Origin: Raillietiella orientalis
Taxonomy: Eukaryota
Direction of reading: 5' to 3'
DNA: 64,000 bases
NCBI GenBank assembly: GCA_036172245.1
Contig: JAYWIR010000031.1
Span: forward strand, 2,108,001 to 2,172,000
The notes under the pieces are model-generated. The model was given only the letters and a program-made list of their open reading frames with translations, did no database searches and was not told the origin of the DNA. Below, piece by piece: positions 1-10,300 of this stretch. A program made the translations under genes and the position numbers. Positions within the stretch are counted from its first letter, which is position 1; the number at the start of each line of letters is the position of its first letter.

Positions 1-185
1 TACTGAACTTCTTTAAACAGACCACTTATCTTTTGCATATTACAAATTGTTAATACAACGCTCATTAAACCAGGTATAAAACAGGCCAAGCTATAGTAAT
101 ACAAACTAGTACTAGATAGGCTGTAAACTAAAGTAAATGACAAAAAATATTTTATTGCAATAAATAACGCAATCTCCCTATTCAT
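1..185 (-). CDS. N-terminus of a hydrophobic, probably bacterial (Wolbachia-like) membrane protein ORF running off the window start
   Basis: 61 open codons MNREIALFIAIKYFLSFTLVYSLSSTSLYYYSLACFIPGLMSVVLTICNMQKISGLFKEVQ; SD-like AGAGG 7 nt upstream of the ATG; abuts the dnaA fragment. Family not recognised. Confidence 0.4.
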   Translation of the reverse strand, partial: MNREIALFIAIKYFLSFTLVYSLSSTSLYYYSLACFIPGLMSVVLTICNMQKISGLFKEVQ

Positions 186-255
186 AGAAGAACCTCTCTA
201 ATACATTTCCCAATAAATTCTTTAATTTTACCTACATTTTACCATAGTATTCACA

Positions 256-470
256 GTGGAAAAGCGCGTGGCAAAATCTGTGGATCCAATACTAGGTAGT
301 AACCCTTCATTTCTATATGATGGGGTGGGACTTGGTAAATCACACCTAATGCATGCTATAGCTTGGCATATAGTCAATTCTCCATCAGCAAAAAGAAAGG
401 TGATATATTTATCAGCAAAAAAGTTTATGTACGAAGCAAAGACATTATGTTATTTAAAGAGCAATTTAGA
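256..470 (+). pseudogene. dnaA: Wolbachia-type DnaA AAA+ domain fragment (nuclear insert)
   Basis: [57 protein letters not shown], then after a frameshifting deletion [13 protein letters not shown]. Matches DnaA [20 protein letters not shown]...YLSAEKF...FKEQFR; Walker A is mutated; truncated at both ends. Confidence 0.9.
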
Positions 471-614
471 TGGCATATTGGGTAGGAAGTAAACCAACTT
501 AATTTTCAAAGGTTCTATTGAAGAGCTAACCGTTGGAACAGAAAATGCCAAGCCAGCTAAGAAACCTTGTATTTGCTGTACTATTGTTTTGCACTGTGTG
601 CACCGTATGTCTTT

Positions 615-730
615 ATAAAATTTCCGTGTTTTTACCTATACAAGCCAAAACGCGCTTATAAAGCGTTCAAGACATCACCCAACGTCAAATTTTGGCATAA
701 AGAGTACAATAACTAGCAACTACAGGTTTT
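615..730. repeat. Wolbachia-type dispersed intergenic repeat fragment
   Basis: AGCCAAAACGCGCTTATAAAGCGTTCAAGACATCACCCAACGTCAAATTTT...AATAACTAGC resembles, from memory, a short repeat common in Wolbachia intergenic DNA; lies between dnaA and mgtE pieces. Confidence 0.5.
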
Positions 731-732
731 AT

Positions 733-950
733 TATTGGACAATAAACCAGTTGACAGAATTTTTGCGCAACTATAAAAATACACCAGAAAAGTTTCATCA
801 GGTTTTCATTATTGACTCCAGAATGGAGCCTATAGGAAGCGTCCATTTAAAAAAGGTAATATATCTCACTCAAGCGAAACACCAATGAAAGAGATAATGA
901 ATCAGGACATAAAAATCATTAAAACTGGAATAGACCAAGAGGAAGTAGCA
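733..950 (+). pseudogene. mgtE: MgtE magnesium transporter CBS-domain fragment, Wolbachia-like
   Basis: YWTINQLTEFLRNYKNTPEKFHQVFIIDSRMEPIGSVHLKKVI / frameshift near 860 / SHSSETPMKEIMNQDIKIIKTGIDQEEVA; ends in the MgtE signature DQEEVA. Confidence 0.85.
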
Positions 951-951
951 T

Positions 952-1080
952 GATTCGTATTTTTTTGTTCGTACCATCGCAAGAGCCAAAATTATGATGC
1001 CAAAGTCCTACATCCGTTTGTCAGCTGGACAGTAGAAAATGTCGGGTGAACTACAAGCATTATGTTTCCTTGATGGCGCT
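952..1080 (+). pseudogene. bioB: Biotin synthase C-terminal fragment with in-frame stop
   Basis: [42 protein letters not shown] versus the BioB pattern FIRTIAVARIMMPxSYVRLSAGRExM...QAxCFxAGANS; TAG at 1033-1035. Confidence 0.9.
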
Positions 1081-1219
1081 ACCCCTTCAACGTCGAGCAC
1101 TGCAAATGGATCTTTTCGAATATATTGTTTTCTTTACAGGAATCAAGAAAATTCACTGCATCGTCTCTTGAGAGCCCCACAGTGGTTTGGGTTAAATCAT
1201 TAGTGTCAAAACTAAAAAA
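1081..1219 (-). pseudogene. ppdK: Pyruvate phosphate dikinase C-terminal fragment, Wolbachia-like
   Basis: FFSFDTNDLTQTTVGLSRDDAVNFLDSCKENNIFE / frameshift / DPFAVLDVEG; PPDK signature FSFGTNDLTQ..GxSRDD...DPFxxLDxEGV with a G>D substitution. Confidence 0.9.
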
Positions 1220-1734
1220 ACATTAGTGACAAAATGCAGAAGGTTGAAAATTATTTTTTTAAAGAATGCATAATAAATAATCGTTTTTCATATAGGTTTA
1301 TATTTGAATGAAAAAAATCCTGGATCATGTGTTCTGATTAAATATCTATTATAGTCAACCTCTGCGTAGATATATTTCTAGTATATGTATTCCTAAAATC
1401 TAATCCTGTTGTATGCTTTGTATGATTTCGTAGAAGTGAAGACTTTTTAATTAGAAGTAAACAGAATGCGAAATGCATATCAACTGAAATCGGGATTTTT
1501 CCATCGTAAAAAGACTCATTTTCCTAACCAGTAACTTTCTTTTTTTTGCCCGGAAGCTCTAAGTCATTATGATATCAATGTACCTGTTGGCGTTTTGAAA
1601 GTCTATGTTGAATTCTTGCTTCGTTTTGTCCATATATAATGGCTAATAGTCTGACGCTGAAGGCAATATGTACAAAAGTCATGAAATCGCAACTACACCA
1701 CACTCGTATACTTCGGTATATAGAGATGATGTTA

Positions 1735-2520
1735 GGAAGGTTCACCCACATGACCCGCGATGTGTGGATCAACCACAACGACCTCGCGTGGTCTAGGGGG
1801 ACCAAAATAAACCTCCGAAGACTCATCAAAAAAGAGGACCGAGACATCAGTGCCCTCCAAGAAGCCGCCGATCGCTACGGGAGTGACCGGATCAACCTGT
1901 TAGCGATCGGAACTACGCTCTGGAGGAGTGACCTTCCGCCGGACACGCAGGACAACCTCCTGATGTTTTATCATGGAGGAATCCAAAGCGGGTCCAGTAC
2001 TTCAGTACTTCACCGGAAGACGGGAAGATCGAGACTGCGCAGCATATGGCGACACCGACAGGAGACTTCACGTCTTGACGTGTCCCACATTGCTACACGA
2101 CTGGCTGATCCTGAAAAGGATCATTGGACTCACCACCAGCTCCACAATGGAGATCCTCGCCGGGATGTTTCAGGGAGATGCTAATGTTCCCATGGTGAGG
2201 ACGACCATTGCCCTCTTCATCACCGCCATACTTGTGCGGTGGTGGAAGATGAGGAAAGCCAGGAGAGCCGCACCTCCGATGGAGATCCTTCAAGGACTCA
2301 TCAAGAAGGAGATCGGCATCAGGAATTGTGGGCGAATCCATGCCTGGACCTACCGATTCATCCTGAAGAGGATTGAAGACGACGCCCGGGAACAAACATC
2401 TGGAAACCCAACCTGAAAGCAGAACTTGTAATACCCCCAAGGACTTCAGAGTGATGTAAAGTGGGTATGTTGTATGAATGTGATTGTAGAATGAATGTGT
2501 TTTAAAAAATGGAAAATAAA
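1735..2520 (+). mobile_element. 5'-truncated non-LTR retrotransposon (L1/Tx1-like ORF2 3' end)
   Basis: GC-rich island in AT-rich DNA; overlapping ORFs 1639-2184 and 1973-2416 joined by a frameshift; degenerate CCHC knuckle CAAYGDTDRRLHVLTC; stop at 2416, AATAAA at 2515. Confidence 0.6.
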
Positions 2521-4355
2521 TTTACCCCACCCCTTGTGGGACTTGGGGAAAATCGCAACTTTGATGTTTCAATTGATTTGAATTTTTTGATTCAAAGGAT
2601 CACATATTTCCCAAATAAATTCTGTTTTAAATAGTATGCTATTTGTGTTCATTTCCTATTTAAAAAAATTTTTGATGTGAAATTGCTGACACAGGATTAT
2701 AAACATTCTGATGTTTCTTCATCTTTAAAAAAGATGGCAATATTTTAACGATTGGCAATGTTTTGACTGCTTGCTTATTATTCATATTTTATTTTTGTTA
2801 TTATTTCATGGGTTTTGACGGGTTATGTTTGTGTATTTTCGTATATTCTGATGAGAGATTGCTGTCAGGGATCCTCAAAATAAAGTGAATGCTTTTGAAC
2901 GTTCATACGGGCCTTTTAAGATGAAAACAGATTTTCTCTGTGAGAGATTTCTCTGGAACGAATCATCTCGTTTGAAAAATCTGTGCAGAATTCAATACTG
3001 AAAAAACTGTGATCTTACTTAGTTCTGAATAAAACCAAAAGTGTCTAATTTGAGAAAAATCTTTAGTCTAAGATTTTCGCTTCGGCAACAAGAAAACACT
3101 TTTTTCTAGAAATTGATACAAAAGTAACCGAGATCTTGAAAAAAGACTATGGAAAAATAAAGAACATTGGTAAAAATGAAGAACATTTCCTTATGAGAAG
3201 AAACCAATTACTTTATTGTGAGGATTAATATTGATTTATTAACAAGGCAACATTAAATTTTAAAAAGTGGATAGCCGACTGTTTTTTGCAGAAAAAAACA
3301 CAGAACTAAGCAGGGTATTTTTTCTGTAGTTTTAAAGCAAGTTAGTGGCTCGTTCCGTGTATCCACCAACGTTGAATTGAATAGTTGAGCACGTTTTTGG
3401 CCGAGTTTTGCATTTACATCTCGACTTAATGGTGTACTACTAAATTACTTTAAAATAGAATCAAAAAACACTTAAATTTTTAATTCTTCAGAATTACTAT
3501 CAACTCTTCAACATTAATACATTTTATCTAGGATGAAAACTCTAATTTTTGTAATTCTTCTTTGACGTTCTTAATATATCGTGGTATCCCCTGCTGAATG
3601 CCTTTTTTCCAAGGGGATCCTATCCACTTTTGCTTGTCTTTTTATGTATAAATGATATGGATTATTTAAACTGCTGCATTTGTATGGATGTGTGCACCCC
3701 TACATCGAATTTATAGTATTTGCAGAAAGCCTGACTGCTGGCACTTATTTTTTTATGTGAAGAAAGCATATTTTTAACAATCTTATGTGGTTAATAAAGC
3801 ACGTTCAAAAATAGGAGCTAACAATTGCCATAATATTACTGTGTTCCCAAAAACGTGTTTTATATCAAGTTTCTGTTTAAAACAAAAGTTTTTTATTTAG
3901 ATACATATATGAGGTTTGAAATTGATGATCACCTCACATTTCAACCAAATACTAACCTTTATAGCTGACATTCCTAAAGCTATGTCTTTTAATTATTTCT
4001 CAATTTAATATCAGTACTTAAGTGGAAAACAAACCGAATTAACAAACGCCTTGACTGATTGTGAAACCACGAATTGTGTGATTGCTAGTACTCAGAATTC
4101 AAGAGGTTACAGTGGGAAGTGAAGTAGCATTATAAAACCAGTATGCTTTGTCATTTAAGTGTCATGTTTTTCTTTTAATCTTGAAGCAATTTTCATCACG
4201 AGGGTCTAATGTAGATGAAAAGTTTTAAATTATTTCAGAACAGCCATGTGGCCTTGGCAGTTATCTTGCAAAAAGTAAAGCATACAGCATGGATATTAAT
4301 GTTTGTGAGAGTAGGACATGTAAAATGAACAGTTAATTATTTTGAAAGATTCACA

Positions 4356-7300
4356 ATGAAACAGCAACCAAATGCTAGCAGTATTCTCCCCTTCATCAGA
4401 GGGGTGGATTTGTCTGGAAATGATTTTCAGGTTTGACTGAAATTTCAGCTTTTAAAATTAATTATAATAGTGATATTACAAAGTTTAATTTATAGTATAC
4501 ATTTATAGTTGATATAAGAACAAATTTCTGACTGCATGATTGCGATAATTGTTTTAATTTGGTGGTCTGTTTCAAAAAAAAAAAAAAACTTGGTTTTTGT
4601 TATTAGATTGGAATATTTGTTTTGTGTTTTAGAATAAAAGTTTTCCTGTAAATCTTCCTCAGATGAGTAACTTGAAATGGCTATATTTGAACAGCAATAA
4701 TTTGGTTTATATTCCCGAAGAACTTGGAAAATTAAGGAATTTGGTAAATGTTACATCTTTTATTAATTTGTGTTGCAAAGTTTCCAGTCTATTAAATGCA
4801 ATGCAGTTTAAAAAATAACACATGCTTCAATATTTTCAATATTTGTGTGTTCATGTTGTTTAGTTTGACTTCTAAACCTTCAAGTGTTTTCCAAAATTAA
4901 TTACTGGAAACATTCCTGAGAGCCATATTTGATATGCAAAATTCTCTGAACAGTTTCTTTCTCATATAAATGTAATTGATGTTGAGCCTCATATTACAAG
5001 TAATTATGTAGTACCAAGGTTTCAGAATTGAAATGAATTGTATTGAATACCAAGCTGGATGAGTGTATCAACAAAGATAATCTCCCGGTACCTAATTGCT
5101 GCATTATTAAATTGTCTTTATTGCACCTTTATTGAATTGTTTTGAGATACACTGATTTACTTTACTAATTGCAACCAACTTTATAATGATTAGCAAGACA
5201 GATCAGTCAATATCTTTTTATTAATTTATTAGTACTTTATAGGCTAAGATTTTGTAATTCTTGTTTCTTTGAAAATCTAATATCTGAAATCATAGAGGCA
5301 TTTTATGGTAAGATGCAATTGAATGCCATTATATTTTGGTGTTTGATTAGGAAGCTTAAGAAATATTTATTGAGAAAGTATCATGTTGATTTCATCTTTT
5401 TCTTATACAAATATGAATTTGAAGCCTGTTACTCTACAGGTGACTGATTTTTAGGAACAGTTATCATTATCTTATAATAACATAACAAAAATACATGGAG
5501 AATTGACCCAACTTGATTGCCTCCGATCAGTGATTCTAAAGTATAATCAGTTGAAATCATCTGGCATTCCCACAGAGTTCTTTAACATTAAAGAATTGGG
5601 CATTGTAGACCTAAGTCATAATTCCCTGAATAAAGTGCCGGATGGGATTGACAAGGCAAAAAGATTGCTGGTATTGAATTTGAGTTTTAATGAGTGAGTG
5701 CTAAAATTAATTTGATTTCATTGTTTATGTTTTTTTGTTTATATAATTTTAGTTTAGAAACCATACCCAATCAAACATTTATGAATCTTACAGATTTACT
5801 TTACTTTGATGCAAGCAACAATAAATTAGAAACCCTCCCCCCACAGCTAAGGCGGCTAACAGGATTACAGACATTGATCTTGGACAACAATCCTCTTACT
5901 CATTTTCAGTTAAGGTATGTCCTAAAATCTTTGTGTATGTATGGTATATCATCTTACATATCTGTGTGAAGTTACATCTCTTATATGAGAGAAATTTTGA
6001 AATATAAGAGAAACAGTAATTTTCATTTTTTTATGGCTTTAATGTTTTTATGTGTGCCTAGACAACTTCCTTCTCTTCTGTGCATCCAATGTCTCAAGAT
6101 GAGAAACACTCAGAGGAACATTAGAAACATACCAGATAACTTAGAAATGCTAGTCAATTTGAATGAAGTTGATTTTTCCAAGAACCAATTGTGCAAAATA
6201 CCACCGGGTTTATTGTGCTTGCAAAATTTGAAAATTTTAAATATAAGTGACAATGACATTTCTGAGCTGCCACCATCCATTAGTAAGATAACCATACATT
6301 CATTAATATCAATATGCAATTCGAACTATTGTTTTTAAATATTTCATCTTCCAATTCTAATGACTTATAAGAAGTAAACTAATTTTGATTACCATTTTAT
6401 TATTAAGTTTATGATTAGGAAGCTTGTTAATTAGGTATCATAATAAAAGTTGTTTACTAGTGTCAGTTGCCAGATAACTTTACATCAGATGAATGTTCAT
6501 GTAAATGTTAGAAAAACCCTTATAGAAATCATATGTTCCAGGTTTTTAAAAAACTAAAATGTTTTTTTTTTTTGAAAAAAAATCATTTTAGTCACATTAA
6601 ATATCATTTTAGTACCATTTTTGTTTTTAAATGTCAGTGTATAATTTTTCTGATTGTATTTAAGTTAAATAGTTTATTTTCTGATTTGTTTTTATTCTTT
6701 TAGCTATCAATCTAACTTTGATTAATTTCAAATATATTTTTTGCTTTTTAGGTGTTTGGACAAAATTAGAAATATTAAATATTGGTCGAAATAAGATCTC
6801 AAGTCTCCCAACTGCATTCTGTAAATTGTCAAATTTAAGATGTTTCTATGCGAACAATAATTATTTAAATTTTGAAGGAATTCCTTCAGGAGTAGGAAAA
6901 CTTTCTAATTTAGAAGTATTCATGGCTTCAGATAATAACCTGGAAATGATCCCTGAAAGCCTTTTACGGTAGTCATTATTTTATGATATTATGTGTCTCT
7001 ATGATATATATGTAGGTAAATTTAGCAATACATCATCAAGTGTTCTCATTAATGTGGTGCGATTTTTCTTAAATGAAGTTGTACATAAGTGCTATTCAAG
7101 TTGTACATAATTGCTTTTTCCATATAACATCAAATTCTATTCATATGCCTTTTCCAGAATAAGCATAAAGACATTTTTGTTGGTGCAAGTTAAGATATTC
7201 AAATACTTGTGATAAGTGTGATTCATATCTTGTGATAAGTATTGTTTCCATTTAAATGAAACTTATTACATTGAGAAAGAATTTTGTAAAAAAAAACAAG

Positions 7301-10300
7301 AACCATAACTCTAGAATTATGCTAAGGCTTGAGTGAATCTGTATTTAACTTGTAATGCTAATGTGGTTACTTGTTTATTATTCTTGTTCAGAACTTTAAC
7401 ACAGTCAGTACTTTTAAATTCGTATCTTTTTTGTTTCTAGCAGATGCAGAAACATGTTCCATGAATAGCAGACTGTTTGAGTAGTTATTTATTTATTTGT
7501 TGCTTGTTAAGTATTTTGCTGATGTATGTATTTAGATAGAAGAATTTCTGAGGACTGTGGCAACTTGTAAATCATTTTTCATCATATACATAAGCTCCAT
7601 GTGCTATTTTTTTATAATGCTATCCAGAACAGCATCATGAATTTTCAGTATCATGAATACTTTGGTTTCTTTCTGCTGTTAGCATTGTCTGCAGTGATCT
7701 TTATTGTCCATTACTGTTACATCATTTTGGTTGCTTATAATTAATGTTGGTTTGATTTCATGTAAAAATGAAATCTTCAAATAGAATCATTTCGATCTTG
7801 TGGAACTCATAATTGTATGTTCTTTTGCATCAGTAATTCTGTGTTTGGTTTGATACATGTTTTGTGCATGTATATTTGTTTGTGGAAGAATTTTGACATG
7901 CGATCAAAGGATTTCAGATGTTTTTCAGATAATTATTGATGCTTTCAGATGCTGCTCTTTAAAAAAGTTAATCCTTTCCAACAATCGCCTTGTGACAGTT
8001 CCGGATACCATATATTTGACTGAAATTAAATGTTTGGACTTGAGTGGAAATCCTGATCTCGTCATGCCTAGGAAGCCGGATAATAAAATTAAAGAAACCA
8101 ATTTTTCCATTAATGGATTGCTAAATGAAAAGGAGATAGACAGCAATGTAAAGGAAACCATTTTTAATGATGAAGAGAGTGAGCATCAGTAGTTTTGTTT
8201 TTCTGATTTTATTTTCTTCTTAAATGTATCTGTTTTCTGATTTAAAGGTTGCATTTGAACATTCATAAATTTTAGCAGTATCAGCAAATTTAAATCTTTG
8301 ATAATATTAAGGATATTGTAAGAAAGAGCATCAAGTACCAAATATTTTGACAGAATATGCAGAGATTCCTAAAGTAAAATTAAATGGGGTTTTAAAAGCA
8401 CTTTTTTTGTACACTGAAAGGGGTTGATAATTTCTGCTTTTAAATTCAATATTGTTCTAATATATTCATTTAAGTAATGGGAGATTTGCTCCAAAAAAAA
8501 GACTTTGTGTTTGTAATATTAATGATCAGTTATTACTATCAAGGAAGAAATGTCCATTTTAATCAAGGACTGCATTGGGTGAACATGCAAAACTTTTGGT
8601 TATTGAATTCTGCATATATTGTTTTTTAATAAAATCTAATGTTGTTTTGTTGTCGATTTTAGATTGCATGAAAGATACAATTGCACGAAAATTGCGTTTG
8701 AGGCGATCTAGAAAAGATCATGAACAAGCTGATAAAGATCAAGCGAAAATACTGAAAGTAATGAAAATAATACTTCTTTCCAGTATATAACATTTATGAG
8801 TACTTGATGATTATTTTTAGAACATAAGTATTTTAAAATATTTGTTGTAAGGTCTTTGTTCATGAACATATTAGTGTGCTTAAATAATAGTCAGGAAACC
8901 ACAATTGTCTATGAATTTCACTTTAGTGATCATATAAAAGCAAAAAATATTTTACATGCTTGGGTATTCTGATTACCTATTGAAACAACCTATCATGGCT
9001 GTTCAATTCCTAGAATTTGTGCTTGGAAACCACATATGTAAAGTGTCGCACAAGTCGATTTTTTCGTTATTGATCTCAAATTTTCTCTTCTTTTTTTTCG
9101 GGACCATGATATTTTGACATACTTTAAGAGTGAATTCCAAACAATTAAATAAACAAGTATTTCGAAATTTCTCCAAGTTTCTTAGGAGAAAGATTGAAGA
9201 TGGGAATGTTTATCGGAACTTTACAGAGTAACAATATAAGTGGCCATATAAAAATTGCAAATAATTTCTGTGACTAATATATGCATTTATGCATGCTGTT
9301 TTTCATCTCTAAGGTTTATCTGTTTGTTGTTCTTGTGTGCTAGCATAAATTATACTGTTTGTTCTTCAGCAGTAGCTTGATTCATTAAAGTTTCTTTTTA
9401 TTATCTAAGTAGTTGCTATAATGCTTCTTAATATGGCTCATTAGTGCTTCTGTCTTTAAAACATTTTACAAATCAACTATTTCATAGATGCTAAGTGTGA
9501 CATGAAAGTCAAGGATAAGCTGGAAATGCAATTTCTGCATCTTTAATAGGTAATTGCTTTCAATAATGACAGATATCTCCCATGTTTTTAATTACTTTTG
9601 CTTGTATGTGTAGGCAGCTTAATTTTGCATTAGGACTTTTTACATTTTCAACAATATTGATTAGCATTTAGAAGAAGAATTCTATTATTTTCACTAGTTA
9701 TGTTATATCTATTAGTTTTAATCATTAAGCCTTAACACACTTTAAAGTAGTGAAAGCAGTGTTTTAATAATTGAAGTGCACATTATGTGCATACATTATA
9801 TATACTTTGAGTTCATATCAAATTCCGCTTATCTTTTATAATAATGGTTTATACAAATTTCTCTGCGTGTTTCAGTTAATATTGAGTATTTTCTGTATTT
9901 CTGAGAAAGCCTTGATATTTTTCCTTTCATCTAGGGGATGAAAGAAGTAACCAATGAAAAATATGGAAGTCATATAAGTCAAAATGATCCCAATCTGTTG
10001 AGGTAATTTTGTTTCTTCAAATTCTATTTGATTTGCATGCATTTTTAATTTTTATATGAAGATTTATGTGTCTTAAAATACAAGTTTAGGAGTCTAATCA
10101 GTTTTCAGTATTTCAAAGGGATGAAATTTTTGCTGCTTGTCTAAACGTTGGAAAAGATTTCTGTATTTTTGAATAACTAATGGATTGATTTTTATTGATG
10201 AAAACTATCATATTATCTCTTATTGCAGACCAAAAAAATGGGACGAATCCTTAGAGAAACCAAATCTTAATTACTCCGATTTTTTTGAAGAAGAGACTGG

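Noticed and set aside
471..612. Segment between dnaA and the repeat; open on the minus strand (IVQQIQGFLAGLAFSVPTV...)
   Set aside because: Probably another symbiont fragment, but no family recognised; left unassigned.
1..1234. Live Wolbachia contamination or a prokaryotic operon/defence system
   Set aside because: Pieces are truncated, mutated, non-syntenic and continuous with intron-containing host genes; no CRISPR array or intact bacterial operon seen in the window.
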